The notes under the pieces were generated by a model, which worked only from the letters and a program-made list of their open reading frames with translations, made no database searches and was not told the origin of the DNA. Both the position numbers and the translations under genes were made by a program. DNA of 64,000 nt, taken from a virus. Taxonomy: Duplodnaviria > Caudoviricetes. Below are positions 54,107 to 63,900 of this stretch, in pieces (position 1 is the stretch's first letter; every line of letters begins with the position of its first letter). The stretch is from positions 32,001-96,000 of IMG/VR virus record IMGVR_UViG_3300021399_000005; one strand, written 5' to 3'.

Positions 54107-54444
54107 TTCTTTTTTTCCTCCCACATAGAGCAATAATCATTATTATTAACTACGACAGTATTTTCATCAGGTCTACTACAAAATCCATTTTCTGAATGAT
54201 ATCTGCAATTTTTACATATAGTTTTTTCATTTGCTCTTGAACAAAAGTCCTTATCGGGAACAATTGTGTCAATAATACCTTTTGAGCAATCAGAGCCTCT
54301 TATAAATAAATTCACATAACGTCTATTGTAATATTCACAATCTTTGCATCTAATTAATTTAACTTCAGACAAATTAACAATGGCATCATCCATTGTAAAA
54401 TATTTATCTGGAATTTTTACAATATATTCTTTATTTTGATTCAT
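54091..54444 (-). CDS. Cys-rich hypothetical protein
   Basis: RCKDCEYY..DFCS repeats. Confidence 0.7.
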   Translation of the reverse strand: MNQNKEYIVKIPDKYFTMDDAIVNLSEVKLIRCKDCEYYNRRYVNLFIRGSDCSKGIIDTIVPDKDFCSRANEKTICKNCRYHSENGFCSRPDENTVVVNNNDYCSMWEEKKKWWKK

Positions 54445-54598
54445 TATTTTCTTTTTCTTTATCTATATAACGTTTGTTATAGTATTCACAATCTTTATAT
54501 ATAATTAGTTTAAGTTCAGATAAATTAATAATAGTATCGTCTACCATAATATATTTATCTGGAAATTTTGCAACATATTTTTTAATATCTTTCGACAT
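54431..54598 (-). CDS. Truncated paralogue of 54091-54444 (55 aa)
   Basis: KYVAKFPDKY..NLSELKLI..KDCEYYNKRY. Confidence 0.55.
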   Translation of the reverse strand: MSKDIKKYVAKFPDKYIMVDDTIINLSELKLIIYKDCEYYNKRYIDKEKENNESK

Positions 54599-54968
54599 TT
54601 TTTACATCTATTTCTAAACTCAAAAGTCTTGTAACATCTTCTTCTGTATGCCCATCCCAATGTTTTGCTACTGGTAATTCTTGACAATCAAACAAATCGT
54701 AATATTCAGTTTGATAGTGATATGTATAACTACCTTCTGGCGTATCAATTCCAACAATAAACCATCCACCACCAAAACAATACTCACCATCTTCGTGCTT
54801 TAAAGACTTCCATGCTTTCGATTTATTCTGTTTGACTATCACGGCAAACAACATCATTCGTTGATAATATAATTGATTAAAAGTATGAAAACCATCAGAA
54901 AAATCTCCGATGTCATTTAAATCATATATATTACAAATTAATTTTTTATCTACTTCTGATAACTTCAT
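54582..54968 (-). CDS. WDGH-motif protein
   Basis: SDGFHTF.QLY..AWKS..H..WDGHT. Confidence 0.75.
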   Translation of the reverse strand: MKLSEVDKKLICNIYDLNDIGDFSDGFHTFNQLYYQRMMLFAVIVKQNKSKAWKSLKHEDGEYCFGGGWFIVGIDTPEGSYTYHYQTEYYDLFDCQELPVAKHWDGHTEEDVTRLLSLEIDVKNVERY

Positions 54969-55216
54969 TTTTTTCCCTTTCTTTTCTGTACTATTTTGTG
55001 CGTTAAATATTCTTGCCAACATTTCCAAGACTCCTTTTGTTTACAATTTTCACACCAATCATAATGTATGAAATCGTTTATTGATTCATATTGACATGGA
55101 GTCCCCAGGACTGACGCCAAATCTCTACTAATTGCTTCAATTATAACTTCAGCTTCCCAAGTATCGATTATACTATGTACTGAACTTAATAATATTTCTG
55201 ATTCTAATTTATTCAT
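54965..55216 (-). CDS. Hypothetical protein (TGA stop in ATGA overlap)
   Basis: Operon-packed ORF. Confidence 0.6.
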   Translation of the reverse strand: MNKLESEILLSSVHSIIDTWEAEVIIEAISRDLASVLGTPCQYESINDFIHYDWCENCKQKESWKCWQEYLTHKIVQKRKGKK

Positions 55217-55425
55217 TATTCTTTTCCTTTTGCATACGCACAATAGAAATCTTCTGGTGGACAAAAAAGCGCTCCACTAAAACCCATAGGTTCTAAACAT
55301 AAGTCCAAATCTTCACTATGGCAATATTCTCCATCAAAATACTTACAATCTTTACATTGAATTAACTTTTCATGATACCAATATGTACCATATTCATCGT
55401 TGCGCAGAACTAAAATTTCTTTCAT
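55216..55425 (-). CDS. Cys-rich hypothetical protein
   Basis: CKDCKYF..FYC. Confidence 0.65.
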   Translation of the reverse strand: MKEILVLRNDEYGTYWYHEKLIQCKDCKYFDGEYCHSEDLDLCLEPMGFSGALFCPPEDFYCAYAKGKE

Positions 55426-55622
55426 TCTTCTTCCCTTTCTGCTAAAACAAAATATGTATTATCTCTTAAGCATCTGATTTCATACCCAACATCAAGATAA
55501 CAAGGGCATTCCTCTCTTAAACATGGCATAAAGTATTCGTTGTAATAATATTCGCCAGCCACAGTTAATGAAGCTTTTTTCTCTCCATGTATACGAAATG
55601 GGCATGGTTTAATTTTTACCAT
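55422..55622 (-). CDS. Hypothetical protein (TGA stop in ATGA overlap)
   Basis: KPCPF..C. Confidence 0.6.
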   Translation of the reverse strand: MVKIKPCPFRIHGEKKASLTVAGEYYYNEYFMPCLREECPCYLDVGYEIRCLRDNTYFVLAEREEE

Positions 55623-55873
55623 TCTTCTTCTACCTCTTCAAAATCAAATAATTTTGGTTTATGTTCTTTGTATCCTCTGATAATTCCTATACATGGAACC
55701 AAAGGACACCGTGTATCCTTTTCGTTATTAATATGGTCATCAATCAATGGACATATCTTTTGTTCATCCCATTCCCAATATCCATCATCCTCTTCCCATT
55801 CAAACTCTTCAACTTTTAGAATGGGACATTCTTCGCATGATTTTGGCATTTCCATGTTTCTAATCGCTATCAT
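55616..55873 (-). CDS. Cys-rich hypothetical protein
   Basis: MPKSCEECP..CPL. Confidence 0.7.
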   Translation of the reverse strand: MIAIRNMEMPKSCEECPILKVEEFEWEEDDGYWEWDEQKICPLIDDHINNEKDTRCPLVPCIGIIRGYKEHKPKLFDFEEVEEEW

Positions 55874-56042
55874 TTTTTACCTCAATCAAAGGGCAATTTC
55901 TGTGCCGTTCTATTCTAACATCTGTACAATGACGACTTCCTAAATCACCTAAAAAAACGCAAGCAAGATTTTCCATTCCTAAATAAAAACTTAATGGACA
56001 ACATATACAACTATTAGGCATCTCTTCATTTATCGCTATCAT
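55860..56042 (-). CDS. Cys-rich paralogue of 55616-55873
   Basis: MPNSCICCP..CPL. Confidence 0.65.
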   Translation of the reverse strand: MIAINEEMPNSCICCPLSFYLGMENLACVFLGDLGSRHCTDVRIERHRNCPLIEVKNDSD

Positions 56043-56293
56043 TCAATATCTCCTTTATAGTTTGAATTGTCATTCACTAACCATGAGATAACATATTCAA
56101 GTACACTAGCAGTATTCTCTTCGTTATCAAAACTAATCATTAAAGAAATGTATTCATCTGCATCAAAGTTATTTAAATCTACTGCCACTTCAAATATATG
56201 TTTATCTTTTAAATCCATTCTCTTTATAACATGTATTGCTCTGATTGTATCAACATTAATCATTGTATTTCTTTGCATTAAAATCCGTTTCAT
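56039..56293 (-). CDS. Hypothetical protein (TGA stop in ATGA overlap)
   Basis: Operon-packed ORF. Confidence 0.6.
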   Translation of the reverse strand: MKRILMQRNTMINVDTIRAIHVIKRMDLKDKHIFEVAVDLNNFDADEYISLMISFDNEENTASVLEYVISWLVNDNSNYKGDIE

Positions 56294-56630
56294 TCTTTTT
56301 CTTTCCCCTATATGGTTCTGGCAATTCCATCCACGCTGTGACTTCTTCTCAGTCAAGATCGAAAGTGCTTTCCCAATAATCTCCTTGAAACGTTGCCGTA
56401 GCAACATAATTCATATCCATAGATACTAGTACGTATTGTCCTATTTCGGGTAATCTTTCGGTAATAGGAATCCATTCATTCGCTATTGGAAGGCTATCCA
56501 ACATTCGTTTAATCGCTACACATGCATTTCTATATCCCATGATTCCATATTCATTGTCTGTAAATGTGGACATTTCATTTAATTTTGCATCAATTCTAGC
56601 AACGGCTTCATCTGCGTCAATCAGTCTCAT
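56256..56630 (-). CDS. DUF551-like protein with one internal TGA (56349-56351)
   Basis: MRLIDAD..WIPITERLPE..FDLD*EEVTAWMELPEPY. Confidence 0.7.
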
Positions 56631-56867
56631 TTTATCTTTCCTTAATTATCTGTTCATTTTCAAATATAGATAAAGCATAATTACTGTACCAATCATATAT
56701 ATAGCAGTTATAATTACTTCATTCATTTATCTCACCCTAACACAGAACCAGAAAAGCTATAAATAGTATCAAAATTCGAACAACAATACCCCAATCTTCT
56801 GCTTTTTGCGCCCTATAGAAGATTGACCCAGCCATAGCACCAACAGTCATTCTTAATATGGTTTCAA

Positions 56868-57272
56868 TCATTCTTCTTCTCCTTCAGGTTTATATCCAAG
56901 CCATCCATAATGTTTTGCTACTACATCAAACTGTCTGTGATGATACCATCCATCATCGCCATCAAGATTAAGTCCATTCTCAAGTACTTTACACCATGCA
57001 TTAACAACCATAGCCATTAGCTCTGAAGATATACCTCGTTCATCTTCTGCTTTTTCATGTCCAAATTCAACATCTTCTTTCAATTGTGCAAGAACATTTT
57101 CCTCAGTCCACTCAAGAGGTGTATGTGTCGCCCCCTCTTTAAGATGAAATCCATATTTATCCCATTCATCAGATGGAAGAAAATCTAAAAATCTATTTGT
57201 CCATCTTTTATCAAGAAAATCATCTTCTTCAAATTCGTTATAATGTTCTTTAACATACTCTAATGTTTTCAT
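56868..57272 (-). CDS. Hypothetical acidic protein (TGA stop)
   Basis: GAGG SD; 134 aa. Confidence 0.7.
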   Translation of the reverse strand: MKTLEYVKEHYNEFEEDDFLDKRWTNRFLDFLPSDEWDKYGFHLKEGATHTPLEWTEENVLAQLKEDVEFGHEKAEDERGISSELMAMVVNAWCKVLENGLNLDGDDGWYHHRQFDVVAKHYGWLGYKPEGEEE

Positions 57273-57426
57273 TTTACTTTACCTCAAATGATAATAAAAT
57301 ATTACTCCAATTATTGTTATCACAAGAGAAATAATTAACAACCACCATTTCTCCTGTTCAATTGCATTTAATATAAGTTTTGTCATAAGGTATAAAAATG
57401 CTAAATAAACTATCAACGTTTCCATC

Positions 57427-57897
57427 TTATCTCACCTCAAACAAAGCCTTTACAATTCTCTTATTTCCGATTTGTTCACAAGCGTTAACCGCTTCTTCAT
57501 ATGAATCAAAATAAATAAACCCTTGGTACGGTTCACCCACTTCAAAACGTGTAGCTTGATTGTGTTTATCTAGCCGCAATATCCAATTCTCTCCACTTTT
57601 CTTAAACCATCTTCTACCACCATATTTGAGTAATAGAGTTTCAACTTTACGTCTTTCGACATCCCTTTCTGCATCTTCTTGAGTGAGAAATACATTCCCC
57701 ATGTCTCGTTCACCTTTGCAAGACTCATACCATGCATTAAACATAATAGCGCCATCAATATCAGTATAATAATACGTATCTCCATTTGGTAAATCCCAAA
57801 CTGTTGTAGCTTCAGGAGGTTCTAATTTTTCAATTAATTCATCTGATATGGTATATTCACCATATGTACTCATCAAATCTTTTATTTTTATTTTCAT
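57427..57897 (-). CDS. Hypothetical protein, paralogue of 58088-58573
   Basis: Shared VETLLLKYGGRRWFK. Confidence 0.75.
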   Translation of the reverse strand: MKIKIKDLMSTYGEYTISDELIEKLEPPEATTVWDLPNGDTYYYTDIDGAIMFNAWYESCKGERDMGNVFLTQEDAERDVERRKVETLLLKYGGRRWFKKSGENWILRLDKHNQATRFEVGEPYQGFIYFDSYEEAVNACEQIGNKRIVKALFEVR

Positions 57898-58087
57898 ATA
57901 TTTATTCCTTTTTGCTACTATTTTGTGAACGTATGATATAAGGGGCATACATCAATCCAAGCATAATTGCCCTCATCTCTTAAGCTGTTAGCCATTTTCA
58001 GCGCTGAACTTTCATTGTCAAACACTGTAATTATTGGTTCAATGTCTTCGTGTCTCCTATACGATACCACATATACATAAGTCATTT

Positions 58088-58573
58088 TTATTTTACCTCA
58101 AACAGGGCGTTTTCAACTCTTTTTTCTCCGATTTTAAAAATTGCATCCATTAGTTCTTTTCTTGAATCAAAATAAATTATGCCTGGTAATTGATCTTGTA
58201 GCGAAAAATTAAGATATGTTGCATGTAAATCATAGTTCATTGCAATATACCAATTATTCATATTATTTTTAAACCAACGTCTGCCACCATATTTTAACAA
58301 TAATGTTTCCACTTCTCGACGCTCTTTTTCTCCTGCTGCTTCTTTATAAGTCAAAAAAGTATTACCTGCTTTTCGGAGGTTTAAATCAATTTCATCTTCA
58401 CACCAATGATGAATACCTATATTTCCTTCTCCATCAATCCAATTATATAAATCATTATACTTTAAATTCCAAATCGTTTTAGGTTTAGGTTTCTCAAGAA
58501 GTTCAAATTTATCAATAAATTCTTGTGGAACCTCATACTCTCCAAATTTATTAATTAAATCTTTTAATTTCAT
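58088..58573 (-). CDS. Hypothetical protein, paralogue of 57427-57897
   Basis: Shared VETLLLKYGGRRWFK. Confidence 0.75.
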   Translation of the reverse strand: MKLKDLINKFGEYEVPQEFIDKFELLEKPKPKTIWNLKYNDLYNWIDGEGNIGIHHWCEDEIDLNLRKAGNTFLTYKEAAGEKERREVETLLLKYGGRRWFKNNMNNWYIAMNYDLHATYLNFSLQDQLPGIIYFDSRKELMDAIFKIGEKRVENALFEVK

Positions 58574-58641
58574 ATATTCTCCTCTATTGTAATCTATCTA
58601 AATTACCAAAAAAATAATCAACTTATATGATTCCACTCGCA

Positions 58642-58872
58642 TTATCCAAGCTCATCAAAATCCAATATTTCAATACACTTTTCATCAATTTGATTTTTAA
58701 AAGTTAAATCACTAAAGTTAAATCCTAAAAGCTTTCCATTTCTACTCTTATAGTCTTTATTTAGAAAAATAGTCCATACTTCATCCTTATAAATTATTCG
58801 TTTTGGATACTTTCCAGTATACCACAAACACATTAATTCAAAATAAGATATTTTTTCTGTTTTAGTTTTCAT
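58642..58872 (-). CDS. Hypothetical protein
   Basis: KISYFELM..PKRI resembles next gene. Confidence 0.65.
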   Translation of the reverse strand: MKTKTEKISYFELMCLWYTGKYPKRIIYKDEVWTIFLNKDYKSRNGKLLGFNFSDLTFKNQIDEKCIEILDFDELG

Positions 58873-58874
58873 TA

Positions 58875-59183
58875 TTACATTCTCCTTATGCCTGGCGGCG
58901 GCCAGATTAAAATATCATCATCTTTTGCAGCAAAAACAATATCTAAAACTTCAATGTCTTTTGAATGCATTAACTCTCCAATACTTAAGCCGCCCATTCT
59001 TTTTATAAGTCCACCATGATCAACAAGAAGGTCTATTGGTCGATAATCTTTCATAGCTGTTACATATAAATATTCTTTTTCACGATATTTTATTCGTGTG
59101 GGGATATTATTTGTATATAAAAGACTTAGTAGCTCAAAAAAGGTTATTTTGTTTTCTTTTCTTTTTGTTGGTTGAAATCCCAT
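58875..59183 (-). CDS. Hypothetical protein
   Basis: KITFFELL..PTRI. Confidence 0.65.
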   Translation of the reverse strand: MGFQPTKRKENKITFFELLSLLYTNNIPTRIKYREKEYLYVTAMKDYRPIDLLVDHGGLIKRMGGLSIGELMHSKDIEVLDIVFAAKDDDILIWPPPGIRRM

Positions 59184-59443
59184 CTTTCTTCATCTCTCTT
59201 TTCAGCAATTAAAATACAAGTCATAAAGGTTGCAAAACAAGCTGTAAATACAATAGATAAAAACCAAAAAATACTAACAGTCAGCAGGCTCATCTATTTT
59301 TCCCTCCTGTTTATATCCAGTAATGTATTTTACTCCTTCTACATCAGTGAAAGTATTTAAATCTTTAACGTATTTTTCAAGAGCTTCTAATCTTAACTGC
59401 ATTTCTAATCGCCAAGCTTTTTCATCATTGATATAATCTCTTT

Positions 59444-59863
59444 TCATTCTTCTTTTCTCTTTTCTCTTTCCTTTCTTATTTTTAAATATCTTTCTAATAA
59501 AGATTCAGTAATGTTCAATTCTGCTCTAATAGCATTTAAATCATTTAATTCTTGCTGCCAGGCGTGGTACAGAGCCTTTGCCGCAATTTCATCTGGATTA
59601 TAATCTTTCTTTTGTGTTAAACAATCATAAGTATGATGAAGAGTTTTTACTCTTTCTTCTGCTAGTGGAATTTCTTCTCTTAAAACTTCTATCATGGCTC
59701 TATATTCAGCAATAGCAAGTCCAATTCTCCAACGAAATTCATCTTCTGGATGACAATAAGCAACACCAAGAGATTCCTTTTTATGATACTTTGCTGTTAC
59801 ATAACATCTGCGCCTTTCTTCATCAACTACTTGTTTAAAACTAACATTTCCTTTATTAAACAT
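59444..59863 (-). CDS. Hypothetical protein (TGA stop)
   Basis: GVAYCHPEDEF..IG..IAEYRA motif. Confidence 0.7.
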   Translation of the reverse strand: MFNKGNVSFKQVVDEERRRCYVTAKYHKKESLGVAYCHPEDEFRWRIGLAIAEYRAMIEVLREEIPLAEERVKTLHHTYDCLTQKKDYNPDEIAAKALYHAWQQELNDLNAIRAELNITESLLERYLKIRKEREKRKEE

Positions 59864-60086
59864 CTTCCTTATATTCCTTTCCTATATAATAACCATTTTT
59901 AAATCGTTCTAAAAATTTTGCTACATCCTTATCATCGTAACATTCAACATGATTAACCACCTCTTTACAATTAATACACCAAAGTTGCTTTAAGTGCATT
60001 TTTTCTCTAAGTTTGTTTTGTTTTCGCACTACAGGGATTCCTTTGGCACCACACTTACAGCAATAGAAATTATGAGATTCAATCAT
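59856..60086 (-). CDS. Small Zn-ribbon protein
   Basis: CxxC..HLK.LWCxxC..H; TTGACA-N17-TATAAT upstream (60110-60138). Confidence 0.7.
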   Translation of the reverse strand: MIESHNFYCCKCGAKGIPVVRKQNKLREKMHLKQLWCINCKEVVNHVECYDDKDVAKFLERFKNGYYIGKEYKEDV

Positions 60087-60126
60087 TTTTTCACCTCTTT
60101 TCTTTATATATTATATAATATATTTT

Positions 60127-61101
60127 TTACATTGTCAAGTCATAAAACTGGTCAGCGAAAATTTTCTTTCTACTAGGGCTAGAAAGTTTCTTTAAAGCCT
60201 TTTTAAAAAGCTGTTCTACTCTAGTATGAGATAACCCAACACTCTTTCCAATTTCTGCCCATGTTTTTTCTTGCCCATCATCCAATCCAAAACGTTGACG
60301 AACAATAGCAATTTCTCTTTCGTCGCCAAGAGTAGATAACATTTTATCTACTAATTCTTTATTTGCGGTTTGCGCAAAGGCTTGCTCTGGAGTTCTTATA
60401 GACGTGTCCGCGCACAAATCTTCCAAAGAATCATCAGTATCATCTGAAACTTTTTGACTTAAAGATAACGGTGTTAAAGAATGGTCTAAAAGCAATTTTA
60501 CTTCTGCTGAGTTGTAACCAGTTAAAGAGGCCAATTCCTCTATTGTTGGAGATTCTCCATTTTCTTGCTCAAAATCTTTTTTACATTTATTTACATAATT
60601 AAGTTTACTAATTATATTTTCTGGCAAACGAATATTCCTTGATTGTTCTGACAACCCTCTTAAAATAGCTTGACGAATCCAATAGGTAGCAAATGTGGCA
60701 AACTTATTTCCTTTTGTCACGTCATATTTGTCTGCGGCAGTCATTAACCCCATATTACCCATTTGAATAATATCTAAATTACTGACAGGGGTTTTATAAA
60801 AATATTTTTTAGCAATAGAAACTACTAGGCGCAAGTTTGCATTTATAAGTTTTTCTTTTGCGGCTTCCCTTTGGTCTGTCAATAAGGCGTACCCTAATTC
60901 TCGTTCTTCTTCTGGAGTTAACATAGGATAACTTCCAATCTCTTGAAGATATAGTTTAAAAATGTTTGAACTTTTCTTATTTTCATCTTCAATAATTAAA
61001 ATATCATTATCTCGACAAAATTTTTCTTCTTCTTCTGTTAAAGAAGATTTATAGAGGAAACCTCCTTGCTCTTGCGCTCTTTCAAATAAATTTTCTACCA
61101 T
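60127..61101 (-). CDS. RpoD-like sigma70 factor
   Basis: YLQEIG, NLRLVVSIAKKY, KFATFATYWIRQAI, region 3 and 4 HTH. Confidence 0.92.
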   Translation of the reverse strand: MVENLFERAQEQGGFLYKSSLTEEEEKFCRDNDILIIEDENKKSSNIFKLYLQEIGSYPMLTPEEERELGYALLTDQREAAKEKLINANLRLVVSIAKKYFYKTPVSNLDIIQMGNMGLMTAADKYDVTKGNKFATFATYWIRQAILRGLSEQSRNIRLPENIISKLNYVNKCKKDFEQENGESPTIEELASLTGYNSAEVKLLLDHSLTPLSLSQKVSDDTDDSLEDLCADTSIRTPEQAFAQTANKELVDKMLSTLGDEREIAIVRQRFGLDDGQEKTWAEIGKSVGLSHTRVEQLFKKALKKLSSPSRKKIFADQFYDLTM

Positions 61102-61373
61102 TCGTTTTTTATTCCTTTCAATAAAATAGTTTCATCTTTTATTCTTTTAACATATGGATTTTCTGACATGTCAATAACCGTTAAATAGTGTAAAAAAGAA
61201 CATCTATTTAATTTTCGACTTAAAATTTTTACAGCTGGTTGAATTTTAACGGGGACGTATTCTATTGGATAATCTTTTTCATCAACCAAGTAATAAAATA
61301 AGGTTATTAAATAACAATTAGAAAAATCCAAATGTCTAGAAGCTCTTTTTGCTATTATATAAACTTCTTTCAT
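61095..61373 (-). CDS. Hypothetical protein
   Basis: GAGGT SD; TTGACT-N17-TATAAT upstream (61402-61430). Confidence 0.65.
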   Translation of the reverse strand: MKEVYIIAKRASRHLDFSNCYLITLFYYLVDEKDYPIEYVPVKIQPAVKILSRKLNRCSFLHYLTVIDMSENPYVKRIKDETILLKGIKNEW

Positions 61374-61557
61374 TTTACTTTACCTCTTTTCATATATAAT
61401 AATTATATAATAAATTTTTTTAATAGTCAAATTTTAAAAATAATAAAATTTTTGGTATATAATAAAGGTTTTTTGGAGAAAAGGAAAAGGGAGTCTGAAA
61501 AACTCCCCTATTATAATTATACCAAATTTTTCTTAAACGTAAAAATAAGCCTCGTCA

Positions 61558-61995
61558 TTAGACGAGGCTTAAAGAATTATTTTTAGCTAAAATAGTAAAT
61601 GATAGATTGTATAGATACATATCCATACCATCTATAATTAAATGTGTTAAGTTTTTAAATTCTGTTTCTTTAAAAGTAATTTTTTGACCATAATATATCT
61701 TGATAGGAGTGCCATCTTTACTAGAAATAAAAAGAATTTTATTCTTGTATTTGTATTTTTCATCAACTTGTCCCATCATCTCTATTAAAGGGTATTCATC
61801 GTCCCACATTATTGCTGGGATTCCATCATTAAAAATTCCAAAAGATGAATCAACATTAAAAGTTAAGATAGACTTACCTGTTATTAGCTGTAGTAAATTA
61901 AATCTTAATAAACCGTAGGAAATTTCAGGACAAATAGAAAAGTTAAATTTTAAGGATTCGTTTCCTTTATTATTATATGAAATTACTCTAAACAT
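61558..61995 (-). CDS. Hypothetical protein
   Basis: AGGAG SD; TGGTATAAT upstream. Confidence 0.6.
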   Translation of the reverse strand: MFRVISYNNKGNESLKFNFSICPEISYGLLRFNLLQLITGKSILTFNVDSSFGIFNDGIPAIMWDDEYPLIEMMGQVDEKYKYKNKILFISSKDGTPIKIYYGQKITFKETEFKNLTHLIIDGMDMYLYNLSFTILAKNNSLSLV

Positions 61996-62041
61996 ATTTT
62001 TCTCCTATATAATATATTATACCAAAATTTTTTTTATGTTT

Positions 62042-62635
62042 CTACTGAGGGTTTTCTTCTAAAGAATAATAAACGATATATGTACCAGGTAAATCGCTTG
62101 CAAAAGTAACAGATTTATTGGTAATTTCAACAATTTTGTCTGAATCTACAGGTTGAGCTGAGCCAGATTGATCAGTATATCCTAATTTTAAATTGTCATG
62201 AGAAGAACTTTCTCCAGAGTAAGAAATTGTAAAAATCATTTCTGTTAAAGGAGCAACTTCATGTCCTTCTCCATCTAAGAAAGAAATGTTAATTCCAAAT
62301 AAACCTTGTTCTGGTAAGTTTGCTTTAGAAAGTTTTAATTCTGCATTTGCAGGTAATGACTCCTCATCTGTTTTTTGGATAGAAACAGAAACGTTTCCTA
62401 GTGTTTTATTTAATCCTTCTCCAGTTTCAACTTCTTCTTCCTCTTCTTCTTCTGCACCCAATAAAAGTAATGCTTCTTCAATAGTTTTTTGGTCTTCTGT
62501 AAAGCTACCATTTTCTATACCATATTTATTTAAGACTTCTAAAATGGTAACATTATTTTTTTCTGTGTCTATATCTATTTCTTTTCCAGAAATTTTTTCA
62601 AGAAAAATTTTTACTGCTTTCTCAATATTATACAT
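62042..62635 (-). CDS. Acidic hypothetical protein
   Basis: AGGAGG SD; beta-rich C-terminus. Confidence 0.7.
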   Translation of the reverse strand: MYNIEKAVKIFLEKISGKEIDIDTEKNNVTILEVLNKYGIENGSFTEDQKTIEEALLLLGAEEEEEEEVETGEGLNKTLGNVSVSIQKTDEESLPANAELKLSKANLPEQGLFGINISFLDGEGHEVAPLTEMIFTISYSGESSSHDNLKLGYTDQSGSAQPVDSDKIVEITNKSVTFASDLPGTYIVYYSLEENPQ

Positions 62636-62651
62636 ATTTTATTCCTCCTTT

Positions 62652-63569
62652 TTATTTATTAAAAGTTCCTAGTGGCAGAGAGTCTCCACCAAGAACAGAA
62701 AAATATATTACATTTTTTGGAATTGTTACTGAAGTAAAGTTTTCTGCTGTCGTTGGAAATCTTGGGATGACTCTAAAAATAAATCCATCTGCTGTACTTT
62801 TAGCAAGTCCAACTTCTACACGAGCATTAACAATATCTTCTGTATTTCCTGGTTTTGTTGCTGCGTAAATTAAACCAGAAGTATTTTGCATACTTTTTAT
62901 TGTAAAATTAGATTCAGCAATAACATAACTATTATTTTGTTCAATATAAAGAACTCCTGTTGTAGAAACATCTGCAAAGCAAGTATCTCCACTTTCTTTT
63001 GGTGTAATAGATACCGCTTCAGAAACTTTAAAGCCGATTATAAAAGTCCCAATAAAAGTATCTCCATTTGCAAATCTAATAAAACCAGAAGAGGCAGAAA
63101 GATTGTGTGAAGCACCATCAATTTTAAAAGATACCATAGTACTATAATAAGCGTAGGCTTCAGCAACTGTTTTATTATTTTTTACTATTTTTATTGGACG
63201 ACAAAGGTGTTTGTTATAAAAATATTTATTTGCATTACTGTTGAATCTGGTTTCATTAACAATTAAATTAGGGTATCCCGCAGAAGTTGATTCTAAAAAT
63301 GGAGTTTTAAATTCATTTTTTGTTATTGTTTCTTCTCTTGTAAATAAATCATAAAAAACATCTATATATCCTCCAGCACCATCTTCTCCAATAATTCTTT
63401 CTTTTGGTGCGATAGCAAAATTTAAAGACATTTTATTTATTGCATCTTTGATTGTTTTTTCATCGCTTGAGTTATAGGTATTTAATATATCTTTAATTTT
63501 ACTTTTTTCGTCAAGATTTAAATCAGAAAGGGATAAATATTCTTTTAATTCTGTTTTAATATTGTTCAT
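62652..63569 (-). CDS. Hypothetical beta-rich protein, possibly virion-associated
   Basis: 305-aa ORF; N-terminal KTI..AI/AL motif shared with 62042-62635. Confidence 0.7.
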   Translation of the reverse strand: MNNIKTELKEYLSLSDLNLDEKSKIKDILNTYNSSDEKTIKDAINKMSLNFAIAPKERIIGEDGAGGYIDVFYDLFTREETITKNEFKTPFLESTSAGYPNLIVNETRFNSNANKYFYNKHLCRPIKIVKNNKTVAEAYAYYSTMVSFKIDGASHNLSASSGFIRFANGDTFIGTFIIGFKVSEAVSITPKESGDTCFADVSTTGVLYIEQNNSYVIAESNFTIKSMQNTSGLIYAATKPGNTEDIVNARVEVGLAKSTADGFIFRVIPRFPTTAENFTSVTIPKNVIYFSVLGGDSLPLGTFNK

Positions 63570-63596
63570 ATATTTTATTCCTCGCTTTCTAATTTT

Positions 63597-63794
63597 CTAT
63601 ATAGATAAAAGAGTATTTGTTGATTTAGACCATTCCCCTTCACTGTTAATTATATAAATATCTCCAGTTTCAATAATATATGCTATACATCCCATTTTTA
63701 TATTTGTAGGAAGGTTTTCAATATCTTCTTCTTTATCACAAATAAAAGTTTTTAGCCCTTGAGTCGGACCATTTTTATAAATTTGAATTGCCAT
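63597..63794 (-). CDS. Small hypothetical protein
   Basis: AGGAGG SD; FICD..DI.NLPT..G..AYII..Y..NS.GEW. Confidence 0.7.
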   Translation of the reverse strand: MAIQIYKNGPTQGLKTFICDKEEDIENLPTNIKMGCIAYIIETGDIYIINSEGEWSKSTNTLLSI

Positions 63795-63873
63795 AATAAA
63801 GTCCTCCTTTTTTTCTTATCTTTTTTAATACAAGAGAAATAAAGAGAATAAAAGAAATTTGACCAAAAAAATA

Positions 63874-63897
63874 AAGACGGTTTAATTAAACCGTCTT
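63874..63897 (-). terminator. Intrinsic terminator
   Basis: Palindrome AAGACGGTTTAA/TTAAACCGTCTT followed by T-run on - strand. Confidence 0.7.
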
Positions 63898-63900
63898 AAA

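Noticed and set aside
22117-63110. Numerous short + strand ORFs opposite the replication genes
   Set aside because: Antisense shadows of long - strand genes
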